A stretch of DNA of 64,000 nucleotides, from the IMG/VR virus record IMGVR_UViG_3300042542_005523; one strand, written 5' to 3'. The notes under the pieces are model-generated. The model was not told where the DNA came from. It did no database searches and was given only the letters and a program-made list of their open reading frames with translations. Shown here one piece after another: positions 8,961 to 18,071 of the stretch; position 1 is the first letter of the stretch; the number at the start of each line of letters is the position of its first letter. The stretch comes from a virus. Lineage: Duplodnaviria; Caudoviricetes. Made by a program: the position numbers and the translations under genes.

Positions 8961-11900
8961 ATGGCACAAAAAATTAAAATCGACTATTCACAATTTAGAG
9001 CATCGGGCGTTTACACCCTGGAATTTGACAGTTCCGCTAGTGTTATATTAACGTCTACCACTATAAGATTGGTAGTTGGATTCTCTAACAAGGGCCCATT
9101 CAACACACCGGTTTACATACCGGATGCATCTACAATGATCTCGATTTTTGGTGATATTGATAGATCACTAGAAAATAGAGGATCTTTCTTCCAAAGATCT
9201 ATACTAACCTGCTTGAATGCGGGACCAGTTTTTGCTTTAAATTTATTGAAGCTTAATGATGATTTAGACAGTGCTACTCCTGATGTTGTTGATTACAGAT
9301 CTTATTCTGTTGACACTGAACAATTTAATGGTATTTTAACAAGTAAACTATACTCGTCTTTTTATAACAAAGAGAGATTTTGGTTTGCTTCAACTGAATA
9401 CTTCTTGGCCACATTGAGCTTACTAGATCAAGGAAGATTACTTAACCTTGTTAATCTTGGTCAACAGCCAATGAGTGTTATCATAAGAAAGTCCACTGAC
9501 TCGACAACGCCAATAAAGGGATATAATATCTTCGCTATAGATTGGTATGGTGCTGATAATGTGCCTAGTTTTATGCACCCTTATGATTACATTCAGGATT
9601 ATTTCATTGATGTTATTGCAGTTTCTGGTAGTTGGACTAATTACCCGCAGCTTTCTGTGGATCCTCAATGGAGCCAATATTTTACAGCCAATGGATTTAT
9701 TAAGAGCCAGATGGATAATTTCCTTAATAATCCTAATGTTCAGCTTCTTGTTTATCAAACAGGATGTATTATACCTGATTTTACCGATTTGAATGGAGTT
9801 AATCAGTACATCCAAACGTTGGTTAATAGTGATACTGCTTCAACCGGTTTATTCTGTGCCGTAGACGAAAAGGCATTTGATGATATTTGTAATAATGTTT
9901 ATAGGATAGATCTTGTAGGTAATAACCTTATCGACGAATTAACATCAGATAGAGACCTACTAAGCCCAAGACTTGATTTCTTAAGTTACGATCAAGCTTT
10001 ATTGGCTGATTATTTATACACTGAAGCAAATTACGGAGTTACTGGTGCATCCGGTGCAACTGGTGGTAATATGTACGTTGGCACTTTATTCGATCCGATC
10101 ACATTTGGAGCTACCGGTGGTACAACAGACAAGGGTCTTTACGCAAATACATTCCAGGCTTACGATCCGAATTCATTTGATGGTGGATATCACTATATCA
10201 TTACAGGTACAGGGGGAGCACCTCCTTTAACGACATCTCAGAAATCTTCTCTTAAAACATTCTGTGATATTTCTTCTTCGGCTGATCAGAAATTTATTAT
10301 AGGTAAAGCTACTATACCTGCTGGTGTAACGGGATCTGTTCCTTCAAGTTTCGGAGGTCCAAACACAACCCAACTAGTTAAGCTTAAGATAGCTTTAACT
10401 AAGACTTCTAATTCGGAAGTTAAAATTCTATGGCAACATCCGTTAGATACTGCTTTCTATAGATCTCAAGGTATTACAGTTGAGCCTTGGTCTTACCTGC
10501 AACAAGTTCCTATTGATCCTGATATTGCATTTCTAAATTCCGGTGTTGGTGTATATCAATTTGGATGGGCTGATAGAGTAGGTGAGGAGGCTATACTAAA
10601 CCCAGACGGAGCAGGAGTAACAGGATCAGGATTCCCGAATGGATATTCTAACTCTTTGATAGCGTATTCTATGTCTAACCCTTATATCGATTTCCAATAT
10701 AATGAGACCGCAGATGGCGATATTATTTGGAAAAATTCAGACGGAACTGACATTCAATATCTGGATTACCAAAGCTTGGTTGATGTAGATGGATTTCCTT
10801 ATGTAGCGGTTAGATCTTTTAGTAATACTTCTAGAGACATTACTAGCCTAGAAGATATTGCTGCCTTTGGTGCTTCTTATGCCTCAGATAATGTAGGCCT
10901 CCCAGTTTCTGCAGATAAGCTAGACATCATATCACAAAATGGAAACATAAACGAATACCTTAATGTTATAACTAGGGTAGATGCCACAACGTTTACTATA
11001 GGTTTAGACGCTCTTGGCAACGTTCCTTTAGCAGTGGGTGATTGGATAGTTTCTACTGACCTTAACATATGTTTAGATGATGCGGGGACAAGGCAGTCTA
11101 GATTAGGAAAGATCACTACAGTTTCTGCTACAACAACTAGCGGTGTCTATAGAGTAACTTGTGCTAGACCAGTACTTTATTACTCAGGAACACCCCTAAG
11201 AGTTCAGAAGTTCACATCGATTGAGGATTTCACTACATCTTTTGATTTCACATACTTCCAAGGTTTCACTATGACCGAAAGGCATAGACCAAATGGAACT
11301 GATGCTAGACTAACTGAGATACTAGATGTACTTTACAATACAGATCTTGCTATAGCGCTTGCTAATAAGGACGCTATAACTTACAGATACATTATTGATA
11401 CATTCGGTGGACAAATACTTCCTAATTCTAAGTATCAATTGAGTAAGTTGGCGATGATGAGACAGCAATCTCTTGCTATCATCAATGCGCCTTCTACTGC
11501 TCAATTCCAGGCTTCTACAGATCCTAGATTTACTGATGCACCTACAGCTACTAATCCTAAGCCTCTGTTAAACACTGCTTATATAGCTTCCGGAGGTAAT
11601 CTATCCTTGAATCCTACATATACATTCAGTCTTCCTTCCGAAGCTGATGGAGCTAAATTCTGTGCATTCTACTCACCTTACATCACTATAAGGGAGTCAA
11701 ACAGAAACGTAAACGTTCCACCGGCAGCTTTAGTTTCTAATAATTTCATTAGAAAATTTGCGACAGGTGAGCCTTATGCAATAGTAGCAGGCCAAAAAAG
11801 AGGGGTTCTTTCAGGACAAACTATAGTAGGTGTTGAATATGATTATAGTGATGCAGACAGAGGAAATTTAGAGCCATTCGGGATAAATCCTATCATCAGA

Positions 11901-12302
11901 AGAAAAGGGATTGGTGTAGTTATATTCGGTAACGGAACTGCTTATCAACAAGTTAACTCTGCATTCAGCCTTGTTCACGTTAGAGATTTGCTCATCAGCA
12001 TTGAAACTGACACCAATCAAATTCTTTCTAACTATCTGTTTGACTTCAACGAGGATTCAATCAGACTTGAAATTAAGACTTTGGTTGATAATTACTTAGA
12101 CGGAGTAAGAGCAGGAGGTGGTATTTATGCTTATAAGACCATCATGGATGCTACTAACAATACACCAGCGATCATTGATATGAACATGGGGGTTATTGAC
12201 ATCATCATCGAGCCTGCAAGAGGTATACAGAAATTCATAAACAGAATCACTGTAACTAGAACAGGCGGTATAGCTGCTGGCGGATTCATACAGTTTGTAT
12301 AA
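8961..12302 (+). CDS. gp18: Tail sheath protein (gp18-like), enlarged
   Basis: N-terminal SGVYTLEFD, VVGFSNKGPFNTPV; C-terminal VPPAALV, GINPI, VRDLLISIE, LFDFNE, IIIEPARGIQKF. Confidence 0.93.
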   Translation: MAQKIKIDYSQFRASGVYTLEFDSSASVILTSTTIRLVVGFSNKGPFNTPVYIPDASTMISIFGDIDRSLENRGSFFQRSILTCLNAGPVFALNLLKLNDDLDSATPDVVDYRSYSVDTEQFNGILTSKLYSSFYNKERFWFASTEYFLATLSLLDQGRLLNLVNLGQQPMSVIIRKSTDSTTPIKGYNIFAIDWYGADNVPSFMHPYDYIQDYFIDVIAVSGSWTNYPQLSVDPQWSQYFTANGFIKSQMDNFLNNPNVQLLVYQTGCIIPDFTDLNGVNQYIQTLVNSDTASTGLFCAVDEKAFDDICNNVYRIDLVGNNLIDELTSDRDLLSPRLDFLSYDQALLADYLYTEANYGVTGASGATGGNMYVGTLFDPITFGATGGTTDKGLYANTFQAYDPNSFDGGYHYIITGTGGAPPLTTSQKSSLKTFCDISSSADQKFIIGKATIPAGVTGSVPSSFGGPNTTQLVKLKIALTKTSNSEVKILWQHPLDTAFYRSQGITVEPWSYLQQVPIDPDIAFLNSGVGVYQFGWADRVGEEAILNPDGAGVTGSGFPNGYSNSLIAYSMSNPYIDFQYNETADGDIIWKNSDGTDIQYLDYQSLVDVDGFPYVAVRSFSNTSRDITSLEDIAAFGASYASDNVGLPVSADKLDIISQNGNINEYLNVITRVDATTFTIGLDALGNVPLAVGDWIVSTDLNICLDDAGTRQSRLGKITTVSATTTSGVYRVTCARPVLYYSGTPLRVQKFTSIEDFTTSFDFTYFQGFTMTERHRPNGTDARLTEILDVLYNTDLAIALANKDAITYRYIIDTFGGQILPNSKYQLSKLAMMRQQSLAIINAPSTAQFQASTDPRFTDAPTATNPKPLLNTAYIASGGNLSLNPTYTFSLPSEADGAKFCAFYSPYITIRESNRNVNVPPAALVSNNFIRKFATGEPYAIVAGQKRGVLSGQTIVGVEYDYSDADRGNLEPFGINPIIRRKGIGVVIFGNGTAYQQVNSAFSLVHVRDLLISIETDTNQILSNYLFDFNEDSIRLEIKTLVDNYLDGVRAGGGIYAYKTIMDATNNTPAIIDMNMGVIDIIIEPARGIQKFINRITVTRTGGIAAGGFIQFV

Positions 12303-12326
12303 AATTTGATCACTCAGAAGCAAATA

Positions 12327-12335
12327 GATAAATAG
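12327..12335 (+). promoter_or_regulatory. Late-type promoter GATAAATAG
   Basis: One mismatch from T4 TATAAATA; upstream of tube gene. Confidence 0.55.
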
Positions 12336-12342
12336 TTAGTAT

Positions 12343-12897
12343 ATGGCAGGCTTACCACATTTTTCAAACTCGATCTCATCGATGAATAACTTTGAACCGG
12401 TTTACTTAAACCAGTTTGAGGTAGTAATAAATCCACCAGCTGCTGTAGCTGGTGGACCTATTCTTTTACAGCACGTAACCAAGGTTTCTGGTATGGATGT
12501 AGATAAAAATCCAGCGCCTGTAGCTCAGAAGTACAAGTTTGCAAAAAGAAACTACGCGGGAGCTAAACCAGATACTACTGGAATGACTCTTTCCATGAGT
12601 TTCACTGTTAACTTGAACGATGCTAATTCTATGTATGTTTTTAAAACACTAAGACAATGGACGGATCTTATTTATAATCCTCTAACTGGAGCAATGGGTG
12701 TTAAGAACGACTACGTAGGATCAATAGTTATCTCAATCTTTAATAAAAACGGTGACGTTTTTAAAAGAGTAGTTTGTAAAGACTGTTTCCCTGTGAGTTT
12801 TATTTCCCCAATGAATCTAAGCTATGCAGCAGAAGAGGTTTGGAAGATAGATAATTTGGAATGGGCAGTGGATTATTGGGAAGATCTATTCCTATAA
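12343..12897 (+). CDS. gp19: Tail tube protein (gp19-like), copy 1
   Basis: EPVYLNQFEV, LRQWTDLIYNPLTG, KDCFPV; follows sheath. Confidence 0.85.
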   Translation: MAGLPHFSNSISSMNNFEPVYLNQFEVVINPPAAVAGGPILLQHVTKVSGMDVDKNPAPVAQKYKFAKRNYAGAKPDTTGMTLSMSFTVNLNDANSMYVFKTLRQWTDLIYNPLTGAMGVKNDYVGSIVISIFNKNGDVFKRVVCKDCFPVSFISPMNLSYAAEEVWKIDNLEWAVDYWEDLFL

Positions 12898-12912
12898 AAA
12901 AATTAAGAAGAA

Positions 12913-13488
12913 ATGTCAGGATTACCACACTATACTAATTCTCAAGCTGCTATACAGCTTTACGAGCCAGTTTATCTTAACCAGTTCGAGGTTATTATTA
13001 ATACCCCTGCGGGTGTTCAGCAGTTACCCGGTTTAAATGGTGAATTGATACTTACCCAACAGGTTAAATCTGTATCAGGTATGGCCGTTGATATACAGCC
13101 ATCTGGACCAGTTGAACAGTTCTATAAGTTCGCTACTAGAAGATATGCAGGGGGTGAGCCTTCTCAGACTGACATGGATTTAACCCTGGAATTTGAGGTT
13201 AACCTTAACGAATCCAATTCGATGACTGTGTATAGGACTCTTAGACAATGGTCGGATCTTATCTATAACCCATTGACTGGTGCTATGGGACTTAAGCGTG
13301 ATTATGTTGGATCTATGGTTATATCCATATTCAATAAGCAGGGTGATGTTTTTAGAAGAATAAGAATACCGGTTTGCTTTATAAGTGCCCCAATAACACC
13401 TTTGGAGCTAGATTATGATCAGGGAGCTAGTATCTATAGTATCAGTATTCAATGGAAATGTGATTACTGGGAAGATCTTTTCTTATAA
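12913..13488 (+). CDS. gp19: Tail tube protein (gp19-like), copy 2
   Basis: Clear paralog of copy 1 (EPVYLNQFEV, LRQWSDLIYNPLTGAMG, DYWEDLFL). Confidence 0.85.
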   Translation: MSGLPHYTNSQAAIQLYEPVYLNQFEVIINTPAGVQQLPGLNGELILTQQVKSVSGMAVDIQPSGPVEQFYKFATRRYAGGEPSQTDMDLTLEFEVNLNESNSMTVYRTLRQWSDLIYNPLTGAMGLKRDYVGSMVISIFNKQGDVFRRIRIPVCFISAPITPLELDYDQGASIYSISIQWKCDYWEDLFL

Positions 13489-13507
13489 AATAAAGGAACT
13501 TAAAGGG

Positions 13508-13537
13508 AAAGGACACTATAAATTGTGTCCTTTTTTT
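13508..13537 (+). terminator. Intrinsic terminator after tube genes
   Basis: AAAGGACAC-tataaatt-GTGTCCTTT followed by T run. Confidence 0.75.
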
Positions 13538-13577
13538 GTGGACCGTTATATAATTTATAACATAAGACCTTAATATT

Positions 13578-14696
13578 ATGAAGAATTTATCGCCCGAGGA
13601 AATCCTCAGAAATAAAGAAGCAGCTAGTGGATTCGTCTATGACGATCCTAAAGATGAAGTAACTGTAACAAATACCGAGAATCCGGTTACACTAAACGAG
13701 AATGCTTACGCCTCGCAGGAACCAGCTCTCCCTAAATCACCTATTGAGGAGCAGCCTGCCCAGAACCCTCCTAATTCGTTAGGCAGGATCGAAAGAAAAC
13801 CCGCTTATCCCCAGCAGGAAGCTCAATCTACTCAGCCCCATAATAGTGCTCAAAAACAGCCTGGTGAGTTAGGCTGGAAGAATATACCAATGGGCATACT
13901 TCCATCAAAGGGTATGTACTACCCAGATGGCACTAGAATAGCTATTAGAGCTGCGGAGGTAAAGGAAATCAGACATTTCTCAACGATAGACGACGAGGAT
14001 AGAATAGACATAGAGGAAAAATTAGGCTATATCCTAGATAAGTGTATGAGAATGGATTTTCCGACACAGGGTATAGTTTCTTATCAAGACCTAAAATCCG
14101 AGGATAGATTTTTCATAACATTAGCAATAAGAGATCTAACTTTTACTAGAGGTGAGAATAGTGTAATATTGATCCCTAATAATCCCTGTGAATTTAAGGA
14201 ATGCCCGGTAAGGGACGGATTTGAGCTTAGAACCGGTGTTTTGTCAATGTATGAAATTGAAGATAAAATACTGGAATATTATGACAGCGAAAGAAGATGT
14301 TTTTCTTTTGATATAAAGAAGCTGGATAAAAATATTAAGATGTTTGTTCCTAGTATAGGAGTTACTAAAAGAATATCAGATTTTATAATATCCCTTGCCA
14401 AGAGGGGAGTTGAAATAGATGATGCTTTTGTACAGATATCCCCTTTCATATTTGAGGATTGGAGAACTCTAACTGAAGGGTCATTCCAGGCAAGATTGAA
14501 AGACAGTGATTCCTGGTCAAAAGAGGAATTCAGCTTACTGTTTGAATTATCTGAAAAAATAAAAATAGGTACAAAGTCCAAGGCATTGGTAAATTGCCCT
14601 AAGTGCGGTGGAAGGGAGGTCACCGCCGACATTACCTTTCCCAAAGGGCTTAGATCACTTTTCGTTATTTCAGATATCATTGGAGAACTTCTTTGA
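13578..14696 (+). CDS. Baseplate hub/tail assembly protein (gp26-like)
   Basis: LPSKGMYYP..IAIRA, DRFFITLAIRDLT, C-terminal CPKCG; position after tube genes. Confidence 0.65.
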   Translation: MKNLSPEEILRNKEAASGFVYDDPKDEVTVTNTENPVTLNENAYASQEPALPKSPIEEQPAQNPPNSLGRIERKPAYPQQEAQSTQPHNSAQKQPGELGWKNIPMGILPSKGMYYPDGTRIAIRAAEVKEIRHFSTIDDEDRIDIEEKLGYILDKCMRMDFPTQGIVSYQDLKSEDRFFITLAIRDLTFTRGENSVILIPNNPCEFKECPVRDGFELRTGVLSMYEIEDKILEYYDSERRCFSFDIKKLDKNIKMFVPSIGVTKRISDFIISLAKRGVEIDDAFVQISPFIFEDWRTLTEGSFQARLKDSDSWSKEEFSLLFELSEKIKIGTKSKALVNCPKCGGREVTADITFPKGLRSLFVISDIIGELL

Positions 14697-14868
14697 TCTG
14701 AAGTTTAGACTATGGAAGGAGCACGGCCTCGATCCTGAATGGGTAGAGGGAATACCCTATTACGAATACCAGATGTGGATAGATAAGCTCAATCTCGCTA
14801 TCGAGGTCGATAATCAAGAAGTACTTGCAGATTCAGGAAAGAAAACAGTTTTCTCTTTTAGGAAGTAA
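14680..14868 (+). CDS. Small gp51-like/tail chaperone partner protein
   Basis: TTG at 14680 gives MENFFDLKFRLWKEHGLDPEWVEGIPYYEYQMWIDKL; overlaps end of gp26-like gene; start uncertain. Confidence 0.5.
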   Translation: MENFFDLKFRLWKEHGLDPEWVEGIPYYEYQMWIDKLNLAIEVDNQEVLADSGKKTVFSFRK

Positions 14869-14880
14869 AATTGCAACTAA

Positions 14881-14889
14881 AATATATAG
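14881..14889 (+). promoter_or_regulatory. Late-type promoter AATATATAG
   Basis: Motif variant about 22 nt upstream of ATG 14911. Confidence 0.55.
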
Positions 14890-14910
14890 AAATAAAGAAT
14901 TATTTCATAA

Positions 14911-16368
14911 ATGTCATCTACCGAAAGTGAAAAACAGTTCATTGACCTATCGAGAAGTTTAGAGGGTCTCGTTGGTGAATTGAAAAAAATGAACATATCG
15001 TCTATCAAGGACGATATTAAGAAACAGGGTGATGTTATAGAGAGATCACTGGGTAACGTAAAGGGTAGCTTTAGAAGAGGCGGTAAAACTAAGGATGATG
15101 GAAACTATTTAGTTGGTGAGAATGGACCAGAAGTGGTTTCGCTTCCTACCGGATCCTCAATAATACCTTTAGATGTTTCAGATTTAATAGAGGGATTAAA
15201 AAACGTTTCGCAACTCAAAGGTGATCTTGATGATAAGATTTTAAACTATGACAAATCTAATAATGTTGTAGTTACGCCAACGGGTGATTACGATATTGGT
15301 TTTATAAAAAAACAACTCGAAAAGCAAATAGCTGAGGATGCTGCTATGGATGTTTCTGATGGTGGTAAAAGTGCAGAAGCTGTAGTTGCTCTTGAAAAAT
15401 TACAGGATAAGATAAAAAATGCTAAACCTGAAAGCAAAGAGGGAAGCATGGATGAAAAAATTGCTAAATCAGCGGGCCCGAGTGCAGAGGAAATAAAAGC
15501 GGAGAGAGAAAGATTATTAGCAGAAGACTATGAATTCTATACCGAATACCCTAAAAGCCTACAGGATGATCTAGATTCTTATATAAGTAGCTACAATTCT
15601 GGACCTGGCTCTTCCCTTAATAAAACTGCGGAACCAGCATTATCGGAGAAGGAAAAGCCTAATTCTAAAGAGGAAAGAGAGGGAAAGGAAAAGGATAATT
15701 CAAAAGAGGAAAGCACAGAGAAGACCTCAAAAAAGAAAAATAAAAAAGAAAAAAAAGAAAAAGAGGGGACTGGAGAAGGTCTATTTTCTAAAGGAAAGTC
15801 AACCGAGCGTAAGGAAAACGCAAAGAGTAGTGCTATAGGTATGGGTCTTTCTATTCTGGAAAAAAAATCAGGACTAACAGATAAAGCTGTTAACTTGGGA
15901 TCCAAATTTGGTATATCAGGGGATAAAACTGAAAAGTTAATCGGCACTGCTAAACAGAAAGCTGTAAGTAAAGTTCAGGATTTGGGTAAAAAATCACCCA
16001 AGGAAAATGAAGATAAGGAAGATACCAAAAGCAAAGCAGTAAACGAGAAGCCTGAATTAAATCCACCGCCTAAGCCAGCGCCACCACCCGAGCCCAAGCC
16101 GGCTCCAACCGCAGCCCCTGCCCCGGAGAAGAGCAAATCAGCAAACCCGGAGGCTAGCTCAAAATCAGAAACTACTGAGACAGCTAGCAAATCAGGGACA
16201 GCTGAGCCCGCGTCTAGTGGAGCTTCTAGTTCTTCCTCTGGTGCATCTCTGTCTAATGAGGATGCTAAAGACATTAAAAGCCTTCTTAGTAAGATAGCAA
16301 ATACACTAGCTGGACCACTAAATATTAGTTCACCTGATCCTTTTAGACCAGATTCTAGAAGAATTTAA
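14911..16368 (+). CDS. Tape-measure-like/tail protein, Lys- and Pro-rich
   Basis: GGKTKDDGNYLVGENGPEVV..PTGSSIIP motif seen in tape-measure proteins; position after chaperone genes; low complexity. Confidence 0.45.
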   Translation: MSSTESEKQFIDLSRSLEGLVGELKKMNISSIKDDIKKQGDVIERSLGNVKGSFRRGGKTKDDGNYLVGENGPEVVSLPTGSSIIPLDVSDLIEGLKNVSQLKGDLDDKILNYDKSNNVVVTPTGDYDIGFIKKQLEKQIAEDAAMDVSDGGKSAEAVVALEKLQDKIKNAKPESKEGSMDEKIAKSAGPSAEEIKAERERLLAEDYEFYTEYPKSLQDDLDSYISSYNSGPGSSLNKTAEPALSEKEKPNSKEEREGKEKDNSKEESTEKTSKKKNKKEKKEKEGTGEGLFSKGKSTERKENAKSSAIGMGLSILEKKSGLTDKAVNLGSKFGISGDKTEKLIGTAKQKAVSKVQDLGKKSPKENEDKEDTKSKAVNEKPELNPPPKPAPPPEPKPAPTAAPAPEKSKSANPEASSKSETTETASKSGTAEPASSGASSSSSGASLSNEDAKDIKSLLSKIANTLAGPLNISSPDPFRPDSRRI

Positions 16369-16403
16369 TTTAAAACCCTCGGGTTTCCTGCGGATTTTTG
16401 TAT

Positions 16404-16411
16404 TACATTTG
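16404..16411 (+). promoter_or_regulatory. Bacteroidota-type -7 promoter element TACATTTG
   Basis: Matches TAnnTTTG, 18 nt upstream of dCMP deaminase ATG. Confidence 0.5.
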
Positions 16412-16428
16412 AGGTATATTAAACTGGA

Positions 16429-16977
16429 ATGCCTATGTCAGAAAAGATACTCTTTAAAGATCTATCTTTCATAAATGAAGAATTTATAGAAAAAAACATC
16501 TCCTGGAGAGTTATACCACAGTCAGATTCAACGTATTTACTTTTAACTGGCGATAACTTATATTTAAACGAAAAAGAGGAGAGAATGGATTCCGTGTATC
16601 TCGAGATGGCTGAATCCTGGGGAAAGAATTCCCATTGTAAAAGAGCACAGGTTGGATGTTTAATGGTTAAAAATAAGTCTATTATATCGGATGGGTATAA
16701 CGGATCACCAACGGGATTTCCTAATGTATGTGAGGATGAGAAAGGTGATACGCTATCCTGGGTTTTGCATGCGGAGGCAAACGCTATAACAAAGTTAGCT
16801 AAGAGCACTCAGAGCTCCGATGGCTCTACGATTTACGTAACTCTTTCCCCTTGCTTCGAATGCTCAAAACTAATCATTCAATCCGCTATAAAGAGAGTAG
16901 TTTTTACCGAGCTATATAGGAAGCATGATTCGTTGTCCTTTCTTTTAAGAGGCGGGATTGAATTAATGAAATTATAA
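16429..16977 (+). CDS. cd: dCMP deaminase
   Basis: HAEANAI and SPCFECSK zinc motifs, CKRAQVGC, GYNGSP. Confidence 0.92.
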   Translation: MPMSEKILFKDLSFINEEFIEKNISWRVIPQSDSTYLLLTGDNLYLNEKEERMDSVYLEMAESWGKNSHCKRAQVGCLMVKNKSIISDGYNGSPTGFPNVCEDEKGDTLSWVLHAEANAITKLAKSTQSSDGSTIYVTLSPCFECSKLIIQSAIKRVVFTELYRKHDSLSFLLRGGIELMKL

Positions 16978-16997
16978 TTTGTAAATATATTTATATA

Positions 16998-17612
16998 ATG
17001 ATAGAACAGAAAGAGAAGGTTGAGAAAAACATCCAAAAACTTGCAGGGAATTTCCTATTCGAGAAGAACGAGAAATCATTCAAAGAACTTTTTGAGAGAT
17101 TGAGACCCGGTGTATTGAATCACTGCTACGTTATTCTAAAAGACAGGGAATTAGCGGAGGATGCTTTCATTAACACAATGACCAAGATCTGGACTAAAAT
17201 AGATCAATATGACGATGAGAGAGGTAATTTCTCTACGTGGTGTTATAATATTGCACGTAATGAGAGCTTATTGCTAATTAAATCTAGGAACAAATACGTT
17301 TCACAGAATGAAAAGGAATTGGATTTTCATTCAATTAAGCATGATTCAATCATGGGCGAGCATTATGTTCTAGAAAATTCAATTGATTATGCTTTTTTCA
17401 ATGAAGAGAACACTGTTGATGCCGTATATGAGGCGGTCATAGACGAAATAAGAACATTACCTGAACTCTACCGAGACATTATGGTAGACCGAGAGATAAA
17501 TGGTATGAAATACAAGGACATAGCGATCAAATATGGTATCAAGAAAAGATCCATAGCTACGAGAATAAGAAGAGCAAGAGCTAAGATCAAGAAAAAAATG
17601 GGGAAACCTTAA
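16998..17612 (+). CDS. RNA polymerase sigma factor, ECF/sigma-70 family
   Basis: Region 2 LAEDAF..KIWTKIDQYD..GNFSTWCYNIARN; region 4 LPELYRDIM..GMKYKDIA..SIATRIRRAR. Confidence 0.88.
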   Translation: MIEQKEKVEKNIQKLAGNFLFEKNEKSFKELFERLRPGVLNHCYVILKDRELAEDAFINTMTKIWTKIDQYDDERGNFSTWCYNIARNESLLLIKSRNKYVSQNEKELDFHSIKHDSIMGEHYVLENSIDYAFFNEENTVDAVYEAVIDEIRTLPELYRDIMVDREINGMKYKDIAIKYGIKKRSIATRIRRARAKIKKKMGKP

Positions 17613-17631
17613 TGGAATAATACGATATAAA
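17603..17631 (+). promoter_or_regulatory. Middle-type promoter GAAACC-N17-TATAAA
   Basis: Member of recurrent G(A/G)AAC-N16/17-TATAAT class. Confidence 0.5.
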
Positions 17632-17646
17632 TTAAAAGTTAACATC

Positions 17647-18060
17647 ATGTTTGGAGCACTAAAGGAATTTTACATCTACCTTAAATATCGTAAGATGGTC
17701 AAGAGCGAGGCTGCAAGCGATATAATTTGGACCAGAAGGGGACTTAGATACGATTGGCTTTGCAGAATTTACACGGTGGTTAATCTTCCACCGCAGGTGA
17801 CACTATCAAAGGATTTGCCTCTGGAGTCTAGACCATCTTTTGTTTTTGAAACGATTAAGCCTATTAATGAATATTTAGGAAAGGTTGGGCTGGAAGAGAT
17901 GATATCTGTTTCACTTGATCCTATCCAGACAACTAACAATGAATCATACCTTGTCGTGTATTATTTTGTTTTCCGTAAGCTGACTTGGTTTTGGTTTATT
18001 TTTTATTCCATACTTTTGCCTGTTTCATCAATTTGGGCCATAATTCACTTTCTCTTTTAA
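17647..18060 (+). CDS. Hypothetical protein with C-terminal transmembrane helix
   Basis: 137-aa ORF, hydrophobic WFWFIFYSILLPVSSIWAIIHFLF. Confidence 0.7.
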   Translation: MFGALKEFYIYLKYRKMVKSEAASDIIWTRRGLRYDWLCRIYTVVNLPPQVTLSKDLPLESRPSFVFETIKPINEYLGKVGLEEMISVSLDPIQTTNNESYLVVYYFVFRKLTWFWFIFYSILLPVSSIWAIIHFLF

Positions 18061-18071
18061 ATTATAATACC

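Noticed and set aside
13495-13522. GGAACT-N16-TATAAA as a middle promoter
   Set aside because: The -10 hexamer is the loop of a clear terminator hairpin and the downstream gene is structural; ambiguous, not counted
14608-14679. GTG start at 14608 for the small gp51-like ORF
   Set aside because: Long overlap with the gp26-like gene; TTG 14680 or frameshift entry is more plausible
15721-15765. A-rich AAAAAG runs as additional frameshift sites
   Set aside because: Mid-gene Lys/Glu low-complexity coding with no meaningful alternative-frame extension seen
16372-16400. Possible terminator after the tape-measure-like gene
   Set aside because: Only a weak, mismatched stem (AAACCC/GGGTTT with a 2-nt loop); not supportable
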